This document shows positions 26,609-37,584 of a stretch of 37,584 nucleotides of DNA, piece by piece. The notes under the pieces were generated by a model. The model saw only the letters and a list, made by a program, of their open reading frames with translations, was not told the DNA's origin and searched no databases. Source of the DNA: Octopus bimaculoides (Eukaryota); NCBI RefSeq assembly GCF_001194135.2, contig NC_068992.1, positions 5,517,313 to 5,554,896 of the forward strand. The letters run 5' to 3'. Made by a program: the position numbers and the translations under genes. Within the stretch, counting starts at the first letter, position 1, and each line of letters starts with the position of its first letter.

Positions 26609-26702
<94 letters not shown>
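26583..26702. repeat. (TG)n microsatellite
   Basis: Direct inspection. Confidence 0.97.
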
Positions 26703-26704
<2 letters not shown>

Positions 26705-28200
26705 TCGTTCCAGTGCTTTTAATTCTTCAGATGCAATAGCTATTGCATTATTTGGTTAGCAATTTCCTTGTAAGTGAAGCTAACTTCACTGTAATTATCT
26801 CCATCACATATTATTTTCACGACCATTATATTTTATGTAATTACTCCATCAATCCCGATTGACTGCATAATATAGAGTTCTTTATTTCTTTCGTAGATAA
26901 TGCCTGGAAACTCATCAGAAATCACTTCCTTTCTCGGGGATGAATAACCAAATATTAGTTATCAATTTGTTACTTATGCAAGCAGTAAATTTTTATTGAG
27001 TTATTGTAATTGCTTTTATTCCTTGTAGATTTCTACTCATTACTCATAACATTTAACCGCCAAAATACCTTTAATCAGAATCTATACGTCAATTAGTTAG
27101 AACGAAAGACATTTCACCATCAAATAGATGCTCTAAATATTTCCAATTCAGATATACCTTTGGCAATATAATTGTCGTATATGTCAGGAACCACGATTGG
27201 CGATATCTAAGATCAGAAGTATTTCCACAAACACAATATCATCTTTTTAGCAGGTTATAAGCTAAGTTTTTCAATGCGTCATTCTATCATAAAACGGAAA
27301 ACTATGGCTACAAATCTGGAAGTTTGACTGGTCACCTGAAACCGCCAATTCTGGGTTACTGGAACTATTATAAAAATATCTACAAAATAATTTCTAACTA
27401 GAGGATATGATCAATTTAGAGAGGAATAATTTGTACTAATACAATTAGATTTCGAATGGAACTGAACAAACTAGCTATCTAATGGGCATACATACCATGA
27501 CACGTTAACTTTAGTACAAAGGGAGAAAATTACAGTAAGCGGAAGCTTGTAAAATTAATTATTCAGTTGTATAAATGGTTGTTTATCTTTTGTTGTGTTT
27601 CCAATATTTGAATGACATTAAAATTTATACATACAAGCACTGCGACATTTCATGAAGATTTCTGTGCAACAATTCTTTTACCACATGATCAATTAAGAAA
27701 AACAACCGCATATTAGTATATAAGTTATGAAAGACAATATTTTCACATTCATACACGTGACTTTATAGATGATGGTCAGCGCATCGCACGTGTATTTGGC
27801 ATGTTTATGTAGAAAGTGTTGAAACGTATGGTGTCGATGGTTGAATATGATGAGTGAAGTATGTTCTTGTTGAAAGAGCTAGTGTTTCCAAGTAGCCGTG
27901 TGTAAAATCGGTGTAGAAAAATTTCTTAAAGATAAACATCCATCGAAGACTGCTTTTATATATTATAGAAACATTTTTGCTTAACTTACGAACATCTACA
28001 TACCTCAGTGAAAAAATACGGGCATACATACTGACACACACACACGCATATACATACAGACAAAAACACACGCACACACACATATTGGTGTGTCAATTTA
28101 GGTGTTTGTATATTCAAATGTATGCATGCATACATACAAATATTTGCATACACAATTGCTTTTATAGAAATTTCTCGCATCCTTTCTCTCTCTCCTTCTT

Positions 28201-28203
<3 letters not shown>

Positions 28204-28250
<47 letters not shown>

Positions 28251-28308
28251 NNNNNNNNNNNNNNNNNNNNNNNNNNNNNNNNNNNNNNNNNNNNNNNNNN
28301 NNNNNNNN

Positions 28309-28371
<63 letters not shown>

Positions 28372-28372
28372 A
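28204..28372. repeat. (CT)n, N-gap 28251-28308, (TA)n
   Basis: Direct inspection. Confidence 0.95.
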
Positions 28373-28652
28373 TGTAAATATATATTCATTACTCTTGTTT
28401 TATATTCATGTGTATAATAATATGTAAAATATTTCATTTTCGGCGTTTTCTCTTGATATTATCAATATTTAATATTTATATATCTCTACGCTTGGTTCCC
28501 ATGAACATCACATTATACTACTTGAAAATAAATATTCTCGAGTAGAATGGTTTCGCCTATATATTGTGTACGTCTCGCCTAACGTTTTGTGTTTGGTATC
28601 AGTATCAGAGCATTATTCCAAATGCTATCCGTTTTTTCCTCGTCTTCAGTTC

Positions 28653-28656
<4 letters not shown>

Positions 28657-28728
<72 letters not shown>
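28657..28728. repeat. (ATT)n microsatellite
   Basis: Direct inspection. Confidence 0.96.
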
Positions 28729-30181
28729 GTTTTGCTGTTGTTACGCATCTCAATAAAGCGGTTCTGATCGTTTATCTGCTTTTCATTTAGGACACAGATG
28801 TTGAATAGGAGAATTTTTCTTTCTTTTTTATTACTGATGTGGTTCAGAACGCTATATATATATGATATTAAATTTCAATTTATTTAATGTTTCCTTTTGC
28901 TTTTATATCTGCAACCATAAACAGTCTTTTTTATATGTTTGTGCGTTTATAATTTACATTCTGTCCGACAGGGTAAGCTATAATGAAATCTGTAGGTCAG
29001 TACACCTAGTGCATATCACACTATTTATTACAAATCAGGTAGAGAGGTTCGTAGTAAGAGAAATAAATGAAAAACTATGACAGAAACATATATCTTTAGA
29101 TAGAAAATATGGGAGGCAATGAAAGTTTATAATATGTCGGATCATATATCATTGCTTATCTGTTAAAGTCAAGCGGTCCATTCAATTTAATGTTCAGATG
29201 ACATGGACATTTTCTTGTTTTACATTTTTCCAGGTATTCGTTTTCATTGTTTATGTGATTTTCCTGACAGTGACCTGCATACGTAGTACCTGTATATGAT
29301 AATCAGGTGTTATTATGACTTCCTTACATGTACTGAGTTTTGAATAAACATCAAATACCATATCAAAATCTTAACACTTAGAAGACGAAACTTCATCCAA
29401 TGAAACATTTTATGATGATGTCCTATTGTGTAATCATTTGATGAATACGTTACGGCAAAGAACTGTTTATCCTGAATATTACACATCAAAGAAACAATGC
29501 TTTCTATACTATGGCATGTATTCTTTAGTACGATTTTGTATTTCGTTTAGAGTGAAAGTACTTGGAAGGATGTAAAGTGGTAAAATGACGGTTTCTAAAT
29601 AGTTTCTCACAAACAAATTCCTCCACATACAAGATTTTGATCAAAGCCTGATGTGTTTCAAGCACTCACCGACAAATTTTCAAGAAGCGTGATAAAATCA
29701 GGAACAAATATATTTGAGAGGAACATTTTAATCCCACATTCATGCTAGATCTAGTTTATATATTACAAAGCGTATCAAAAACATAACATACACGCCACAT
29801 TCAAATTTTAGTAAAGACAATTCTTAGATTTATGATTTGAAACAATATCTTCTACATGTAAATAAAATTATCACTAAACAAATGATATTATGATAAAGAA
29901 CTAAAATAACCTTAGGCTTGTCTTTAAAATTTATCACATTCATAAGAAATGCCTCAGCACACAAATATAACAATATCTTCAATACGTTATCTATATTTCT
30001 CGAAATTAAATTATAAAGTAAGTGCAATTATTATGATACGAGGCTGTGTTGTAGAAATAGATCAAGGATTTAATACAGCCATCATCATCATCATCAACAT
30101 GGCTATCATATCATAGTAATCATTAAAATCAGGAAAAACAACAGAGATAACAACATCAATAAAAACAATGCTGATAATAAT

Positions 30182-30281
30182 GCCTGGTGTACCCTTATAA
30201 GACGGGTAGTCATGTTGGATATACTGGGCTTTGTATATTTTACCCCAGCGTCACTTTGATGATATGCACGTCTCTCACTCA
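30182..30281 (+). mobile_element. Probable retroposon 3' end followed by an (AAC)n/(AAT)n tail
   Basis: A higher-complexity 100-nt block (AAGACGGGTAGTCATG...TACCCCAGCGTCACTTTGATG...CTCTCACTC) runs straight into the trinucleotide tail. I recall it as an octopus repeat end; unverified. Confidence 0.45.
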
Positions 30282-30316
30282 ATAATAACAACAACAACAA
30301 CAGCAACAATAACAAT

Positions 30317-30378
<62 letters not shown>
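30282..30378. repeat. (AAC)n/(AAT)n microsatellite
   Basis: Direct inspection. Confidence 0.96.
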
Positions 30379-30381
<3 letters not shown>

Positions 30382-30956
30382 TATACCCCTAACCTAATAT
30401 CGTCATCGGTTTCTCTAAAATAGCATTATGATTCTTGTAGAAACTGTCATCAAAATTCGCACAAATACTACTTGCCGTATTCTCTTTAATCCCACAGTTA
30501 TCATAATCAACATCAAAACTTCTTAACAAATATTATCATCATCATCGTCATCATCATCATCAACCACTTCATCCTGTTGTTTATCTTTGTTGTTCGAATG
30601 TGTATGAAGAGAATGAAACAATGATAAAATAATCTCAATAAATAAGATAAAATGAAATTAAAATGCGCTACAGGACGACAGCAAAATGTTTGAAAATGAA
30701 AATGCGATAAAAGAAAGAAAAAAGACGGGGGATTGAAATTATTTGTATTTAATGTTGTCTGCTGCGTTTATTTTGTACATATTTATAACAGATTTGCTGA
30801 AGGTGTCGGAAGTCTCAAAGACTGAGAGAAAGAATTGCATTATTATAAACATCTGATGTGGAATCTGTGAAAGTATTCTTACTAAATTCAGTAAAGAATA
30901 TGACAAATATCACATTTAGTTATTGCTTGTATTAGTTTTGTTTCCTTTCTGCTTGT

Positions 30957-30979
30957 TATTATTATTATTATTATTATTA

Positions 30980-31067
<88 letters not shown>

Positions 31068-31085
31068 CATTATTATTATTATTAT
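30957..31085. repeat. (ATT)n microsatellite
   Basis: Direct inspection. Confidence 0.97.
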
Positions 31086-31260
31086 TTGGTTCTGTTTATT
31101 CAAAACTGGCATTGAAGTACAGCATTAGTAGGGCACATGTCCTATAGATACTTCGTGAATATATGCTACTCTGTCAGTTTTGTATTTTTAATTGTCTTTT
31201 AGATTATGACCGTAGCCATGGAGGAACTATGAAATGAGTTTGTGTGTGTGCGTTTGTGTG

Positions 31261-31309
<49 letters not shown>

Positions 31310-31369
31310 TGTGTGTGTGCGTGTGTGTGTGTATGTATGTGTGTGTGTGTGTGGGTGTGTGTGTGTGTG

Positions 31370-31417
31370 TACAGGGTGCAGCGGAAATACCTCCCACATT
31401 TGAAAGTTTAACAAAAG
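31370..31417 (+). mobile_element. Possible Tc1/mariner-type terminus truncated by an assembly gap
   Basis: TA followed by CAGGGTGCAGCGG..., a typical TA+CAGGGTG TIR start. The rest falls in the N-gap and no partner TIR is visible. Confidence 0.25.
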
Positions 31418-32201
31418 NNNNNNNNNNNNNNNNNNNNNNNNNNNNNNNNNNNNNNNNNNNNNNNNNNNNNNNNNNNNNNNNNNNNNNNNNNNNNNNNNNN
31501 NNNNNNNNNNNNNNNNNNNNNNNNNNNNNNNNNNNNNNNNNNNNNNNNNNNNNNNNNNNNNNNNNNNNNNNNNNNNNNNNNNNNNNNNNNNNNNNNNNNN
31601 NNNNNNNNNNNNNNNNNNNNNNNNNNNNNNNNNNNNNNNNNNNNNNNNNNNNNNNNNNNNNNNNNNNNNNNNNNNNNNNNNNNNNNNNNNNNNNNNNNNN
31701 NNNNNNNNNNNNNNNNNNNNNNNNNNNNNNNNNNNNNNNNNNNNNNNNNNNNNNNNNNNNNNNNNNNNNNNNNNNNNNNNNNNNNNNNNNNNNNNNNNNN
31801 NNNNNNNNNNNNNNNNNNNNNNNNNNNNNNNNNNNNNNNNNNNNNNNNNNNNNNNNNNNNNNNNNNNNNNNNNNNNNNNNNNNNNNNNNNNNNNNNNNNN
31901 NNNNNNNNNNNNNNNNNNNNNNNNNNNNNNNNNNNNNNNNNNNNNNNNNNNNNNNNNNNNNNNNNNNNNNNNNNNNNNNNNNNNNNNNNNNNNNNNNNNN
32001 NNNNNNNNNNNNNNNNNNNNNNNNNNNNNNNNNNNNNNNNNNNNNNNNNNNNNNNNNNNNNNNNNNNNNNNNNNNNNNNNNNNNNNNNNNNNNNNNNNNN
32101 NNNNNNNNNNNNNNNNNNNNNNNNNNNNNNNNNNNNNNNNNNNNNNNNNNNNNNNNNNNNNNNNNNNNNNNNNNNNNNNNATATATATATATATATATAT
32201 A

Positions 32202-32375
32202 GGCGCAGGAGTGGCTGTGTGGTAAGTAGTTTGCTACGAACCATATGGTCCGGCGTTCACTACCACTGCGTGGCACCTTCGGCATGTGTCTTCCACTATA
32301 GCCTCGACCCGACTAAAGGCGTTGCTCCAGCATGGCCACAGTTAAATGACTGAAACAAGTAAAAGAGTAAAAGAG
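32202..32375 (+). mobile_element. tRNA-derived SINE family 1, internally deleted copy
   Basis: The head GGCGCAGGAGTGGCTGTGTGGTAAG (A-box-like) is joined at CCGAC|TAAAGG directly to the 3' tail GCTCCAGCATGGCCACAGTTAAATGACTGAAACAAGTAAAAGAG. Confidence 0.85.
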
Positions 32376-33081
32376 AGAGAGTAAGGAGTATATGAGGAGA
32401 GGGAGATATAATCAGACAGAGATAGACAGAAGGACAGAGAGAAGAGAGCAAAGAACGAAATATCTTTATCTTTGGAAAGTGTGATAATTAGTAAATCTCA
32501 TAAACAACCCGACGGGAGGGACAGGTGTTTATGTTTCACATATTCTTTCTATCCCAAGGCGCAGGAAGCTTGTTTGTATTCTGAAATCAGTATCTTTCCA
32601 CCAGTCAGGTGTTTGCTCAATTGATATATACTGTCTCTTTTCAATTCCTGTTTATTTTATTTTGTAACTGCTTTTACTATTCTCATTGCCATAGTAACAA
32701 GCAAGTTTTCTTAGAACGTGTGTATTTACATAAAATTAGGATATTAGGATTTATTTCATCCTTATTTGTACGTGTTTGGATTGGTGACATTGTTCTCAAA
32801 ATGGTAAATATTTTTTTCTTGTTTTCTCAATTTAAATGTGTATGTAGAGTGCCTCTTGTATTTCTATAATTTGTATTTTCTGTCTCAAGTTTTCTGTTTA
32901 AAGCTCGAAAGCAATTTGCCTTCAATATTTAGTTCTGCCATTGGGTTTCAGTATAGAATACTGATATGTCTTTCCTTTTATTATACACATCAAAAATCTC
33001 CGATCGCTTGACGAGCGTCATATGATGTCTGTTTTGTGTAGTTTGCGTTGATGTATTTTCATTGACTCTGATGTCGCTTAC

Positions 33082-33258
33082 GTAGCACGGAAAATTCCAG
33101 ATTTGCAAAACGAATAAGGCCATCTGCAATATCTTCAGCAACGAATTTGTAACTGAGATGAGACTAACAACAATAATGTAAATGTTGGCCTTTCTCGAGA
33201 CAGAAAACGATAATCCTCGGTTGGTTACTTCGGAAGTAAACAAAACGTCCATGGTGAC
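33082..33258 (-). CDS. Candidate exon encoding a hydrophobic segment, unknown product
   Basis: Minus-strand acceptor CTCTTTCAG|, then GTCACCATGG, 59 open codons (VTMDVLFTSEVTNRGLSFSVSRKANIYIIVVSLISVTNSLLKILQMALFVLQIWNFPCY) and donor TAC|GTAAGC. Confidence 0.3.
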
Positions 33259-33542
33259 CTGAAAGAGTTCTACTAAATCTATTAAAACTCAAACAAAATA
33301 TGACCATATGAAAAAGAAGATAGCACACTGTATGCTGTTGCTAGCATGAACTGAAACAATCCTAAACGATTAAAATATATCAATACGATAAGAAATTTTA
33401 CAATCAAATATACTGTGCAACTGTTGGTGCTAGCAATTCTCCAGATGTAACCCAATTCTTCCTGTCATGGTGGAATAAATCTCAAAAATTGCACTGCATG
33501 GAGATATCCATATCTGTATGGATGACATTCAAGAAGGGTGTA

Positions 33543-33596
33543 CACAACAACAACAACAACAACAACAATAATAATAATAACAATAATAATAATAAC

Positions 33597-33653
<57 letters not shown>
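33543..33653. repeat. (AAC)n/(AAT)n microsatellite, 5' flank of an R4/Dong-like insertion
   Basis: Direct inspection. Confidence 0.97.
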
Positions 33654-33655
<2 letters not shown>

Positions 33656-34545
33656 CCAAAGAGAGCGAATAATGCAGATATTGACAAAGCCCTTACCCAC
33701 CAATGGTTAATGGCCTCTGGATTGAAATCAGAAACAGAGGGGTTTATCATAGCAGCCCAAGATCAATGCCTACCTACAAAGAACTACCAGGCCAACATAT
33801 TAAAGAACGGCAGCTCCCCATTATGTCGTATATGCCAACAACAAAATGAGACCATCGATCATGTTGTCTCCATNNNNNNNNNNNNNNNNNNNNNNNNNNN
33901 NNNNNNNNNNNNNNNNNNNNNNNNNNNNNNNNNNNNNNNNNNNNNNNNNNNNNNNNNNNNNNNNNNNNNNNNNNNNNNNNNNNNNNNNNNNNNNNNNNNN
34001 NNNNNNNNNNNNNNNNNNNNNNNNNNNNNNNNNNNNNNNNNNNNNNNNNNNNNNNNNNNNNNNNNNNNNNNNNNNNNNNNNNNNNNNNNNNNNNNNNNNN
34101 NNNNNNNNNNNNNNNNNNNNNNNNNNNNNNNNNNNNNNNNNNNNNNNNNNNNNNNNNNNNNNNNNNNNNNNNNNNNNNNNNNNNNNNNNNNNNNNNNNNN
34201 NNNNNNNNACCTATTGTCATAGGTGCCCTGGGAATGACAGCGAAACGGGCTGATTACTACCTAGCTCAGATACCAGGAAACCCCAAAATGGCTGAAGTCC
34301 AAAAGATAGTGCTCATGGGAACTGCCCATATCCTACGTAAAATACTGTCTATGTGATCTCAAATTTTAAAGCAAACAATTTTCTTATGGTTTCTTAAACA
34401 TTCACTTGAACAAAACTGTACAAATCCAAATATATGGTACCCTAGGCATAACACCTACATGAACTTCTAACTTGTTGTCTCTTGAGGTCTCTGGGTGAGA
34501 CTTGGATCCAACTTGTACAAATGCAAAACAAAAGTCAAACATAAA
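33653..34545 (+). mobile_element. 5'-truncated R4/Dong-like non-LTR retrotransposon (CCHC knuckle, RLE C-terminus, 3' UTR)
   Basis: 33653-33873 reads YPKRANNADIDKALTHQWLMASGLKSETEGFIIAAQDQCLPTKNYQANILKNGSSPLCRICQQQNETIDHVVS. After the N-gap, 34210-34356 reads PIVIGALGMTAKRADYYLAQIPGNPKMAEVQKIVLMGTAHILRKILSM*. A ~190-nt 3' UTR follows, and (AAT)n lies on both sides. Confidence 0.9.
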
Positions 34546-34819
34546 ATAATAATAATAATAATAGTAATAATAATAATAATAATAATAAAAATATTAATAA
34601 TAATCACAGAATCTACTAGAACAAGAACGACCGAGTCTTCTGAGAAATAAAACAATACGAATAATCTTAATGAATGCAGTATGAAAGAACAGGAGTATCT
34701 TATTACCGACAAATTATCACAAGAATGGACACGGAATTCCTACTATAAGTCGTATTTATTTATTTTTTTATTTCCCATATATCCAGATATCGAGGAGAAT
34801 GAATCACTTCAAAATTAGA

Positions 34820-34975
34820 ATACATGCTCTGCTTCATATCTTTGCGTTAGTCTACGTTCAGCGTAAAAAATGTCGCTGAGTTCAGCTTTGCCATTCATCA
34901 TTCCCACGTCAATAAAAATATTGAAACGACGAGATGTGGGCAGAATTATCGATCAACACCTTCCTTCAGAATTAA
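34820..34975 (+). mobile_element. tRNA-derived SINE family 2, diverged copy
   Basis: GCTGAGTTCAGCTTTGCCATTCATCATTCCCACGTCAATAAAA resembles the GACTTTGCCTTTCATCCTTTCGGGGTCGATAAA (Meta/Nin-domain-like) core that I recall from octopus SINEs. Confidence 0.5.
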
Positions 34976-35404
34976 TAATCTGTATATTGATTGGGCAAAA
35001 TGAAGTGCGACATGCAATTATGTTCGATACAGACATATATTCTTCTGAACATGCTATCTACAGCAATGAATATTTTAATAAATAATGTATGAGTACCACG
35101 TCTCTTGAATAAAAAATATCTTACTCCGAACTATTTACTTAAACAGCCTACAATGGAGATGGAAGGGGTTTATAAAGTCCATTGGTCCAAATACTTGACT
35201 GATGTAATATCCTATCGAACCTCACAAGATGAAAAAATCAATTGATCTACGAAACTTTGTACTCTGTATGTAAAGTGAGGAACGAATACTTGAAACGTTG
35301 TCTTCAAATGTCGTCTTCCATCGGCTAACCAAAACAACATTAGATACATAAATATATGTAAGAATAATACTCTCTACAATCGTTTCAATGCCTGAAATTT
35401 AGGA

Positions 35405-35555
35405 TGAGGAAGCTAATTGATTACATCGACCACAATGTCCAAAAGATATTTACTTTGTCGCTTCCGATAGCCGGAAAAGGACACTGCAGCGGAATTTGAG
35501 TTCAGGACATCGAGAAGGATGAAATGTTCCGGAAAAAGTTTCCCGACTTGGGAAC
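35405..35555 (-). mobile_element. tRNA-derived SINE family 2, diverged copy
   Basis: TTGATTACATCGACC...GCGGAATTTGAGTTCAGGAC; shares motifs with 35650-35780 and 35825-36005. Confidence 0.55.
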
Positions 35556-35649
35556 ATTTCTGCTGGTTCGCCCTACTGGTTCGCCTTCATCAACAATAAT
35601 ACGGATTATAGAAATTCATTCAAATCCTGCTAAAGATCAGCAATTCTAG

Positions 35650-35780
35650 AGCAATGGGATCGGTACGTTACTTGACGGATATCATCTTTTATCAATCGCT
35701 AAATTGTGAAAGGGAAACTTAGTCTTAGCAGCATTTGAACTCAGAGCTTACCGTTCAGAATCAACTCTGCTAAGTATTTT
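35650..35780 (-). mobile_element. tRNA-derived SINE family 2, diverged copy
   Basis: GCATTTGAACTCAGAG (reverse complement contains the B-box-like GAGTTCAAAT), followed by GCTAAGTATTT. Confidence 0.55.
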
Positions 35781-35824
35781 GGGTGAGGGAGAAGGTGTTT
35801 CAGAAAACCATCTAAATAATAGTT

Positions 35825-36005
35825 TCTAATGTCGGTATGGGGTTAAAAGTTTTTGATGGGAAGGGGTAAATTGATTACACGTAACTCACTACTTGACAAG
35901 TATGTGTTTTATAGATCGGAAATGTTGAATTCGAACTCAGAATGTAAAAACGACAAAGTACAGCGAAGTATTTCCTTCCGCCACGCTGTCGTCTTTAGCC
36001 GCGTT
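35825..36005 (-). mobile_element. tRNA-derived SINE family 2, diverged copy
   Basis: TTGATTACAC...GAATTCGAACTCAGAATGTAAAAACG; the reverse complement carries GAGTTCGAATTC (Pol III B-box-like). Confidence 0.6.
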
Positions 36006-36056
36006 AAGGTTTATAATAAAATATCAAAACTGATAAAGATAATCTACTTCATACAT

Positions 36057-36135
36057 GTGATGATGATGATGATGATGATGACCTCGACGACGATGACGAT
36101 GAATATGAATATGGTGATGATGGTGATGACGAGAA
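36057..36135. repeat. (GAT)n/(GAC)n degenerate microsatellite
   Basis: Direct inspection. Confidence 0.9.
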
Positions 36136-36800
36136 CAAAAAGTGGAGAGAGAATCGGTGTAACAATTTATATCGGTAGCAAACCAACTCGTCGACGGCTA
36201 CAGATCTTTGAATATTAGAAGTAGAAAACATGAGAGAAACGATTAGCAATCTCACAAATGTAATACCTTTCTAATATGTTCAAAACAGAGTAGAGAGCTA
36301 TCAATGCTCATATATTATATAGGTTCTGTATAATTGAACTCTACGTTTCTAAGTACTTGAAATACATTGCGAATTATAAGGAAATGACGGTATCTCAAAT
36401 TACATTCGTATATACTACTACACTTAAGAATTTTATATGTAAAAGCACTTACACATCCATATTCAGTACCATTCCATGGCTATAATTGTATATCTTCTCA
36501 ATTTTCTCTTTTTGCATTACACATGCGCATTCATATCAGGCATACTCCGAAACTTTTTTCATCTTTCCATCACAAATATGACAGAGCCCTTCGTTTTATC
36601 ATTAGCGACTTATATATCGAAGTTTTAATGGAGTGTAATTTTTTTCGCCCATGTATTATTATGTTCAAATTTAATGAACGAGGCGCCTCGGGCAGTTGAA
36701 AGTATTAAATCACTTAGGTTCTTTTGCACTAAGTCATGCGTTGTGTATCTTCAAGCAATTATACTAAATAACCAACGGGAAAGGAAAATATAATAACAAA

Positions 36801-37192
<392 letters not shown>

Positions 37193-37194
<2 letters not shown>

Positions 37195-37239
37195 GATTGT
37201 CACAAGATTGTCACAAGATTGTCACAAGATTGTCACAAG
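37193..37239 (+). repeat. 11-bp tandem repeat AAGATTGTCAC x4 at a retrotransposon 5' junction
   Basis: Units at 37193, 37204, 37215 and 37226; the last one continues into the RT reading frame. Confidence 0.97.
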
Positions 37240-37584
37240 CGACACAAAAACTTGTCAATAGCCTGGATAGACTATAAAAAGGCCTTTGATAGCCTACCAC
37301 ATAGCTGGATTAGGAAATGTCTGGAAATGTATAAAATAGCTCCTACTCTGCGAAACTTTTTATCTGTAAGTATGAGATCATGGAGAACCACACTGATGTT
37401 GAACAATGACAATGAATCTCTAAATGCTGGAGATGTAAGAATTTCATGTGGCATTTTCCAGGGTGACTCACTATCACCACTCCTCTTCTGTCTAGCCCTA
37501 ATACCGCTCTCAAAATTGCTCAATGATGCACAGTATGGTTATAAAATATTTGATAAAAATATAAATCATCTCATTTACATGGAT
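37228..37584 (+). mobile_element. 5'-truncated R4/Dong-like retrotransposon, reverse transcriptase core (runs off the window)
   Basis: 119 uninterrupted codons: DCHKRHKNLSIAWIDYKKAFDSLPHSWI...GIFQGDSLSPLLFCLAL...INHLIYMD, containing the RT motifs DxxKAFDS, QGDxLSP and YMD(D). The ORF track missed it because it has no start codon at the truncation point. Confidence 0.92.

Noticed and set aside
29234-29575. Strong acceptor followed by VFVFIVYVIFLTVTC..., and later EDETSSNETFYDDVLLC...
   Set aside because: Several in-frame stops lie between the pieces, and no consensus donors join them in phase.
32202-32280. tRNA gene
   Set aside because: Only A/B-box-like words; no complete cloverleaf, and it continues into SINE body sequence.

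Overview
Eukaryotic, AT-rich, microsatellite-saturated genomic DNA from a gapped short-read assembly (11 N-runs, most next to simple repeats). The repeat families look like those of octopus/cephalopod genomes; this is recognition from memory, not a database search. No complete protein-coding gene, rRNA, tRNA or CRISPR array is supported, and most ORF-track entries are microsatellite or N-gap artefacts. Supported content: three 5'-truncated R4/Dong-like non-LTR retrotransposon pieces, each abutting (AAT)n; a decayed Penelope-like element with an inverted 3'-end piece; a decayed Tc1/mariner transposase; two families of tRNA-derived SINEs; and a few isolated low-confidence exon candidates. The best lead for something undescribed is a ~1 kb non-coding element at 19631-20629, bounded by exact 34-bp direct repeats and carrying a compact structured segment with hammerhead-ribozyme-like core words. 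It is a hypothesis that needs testing.
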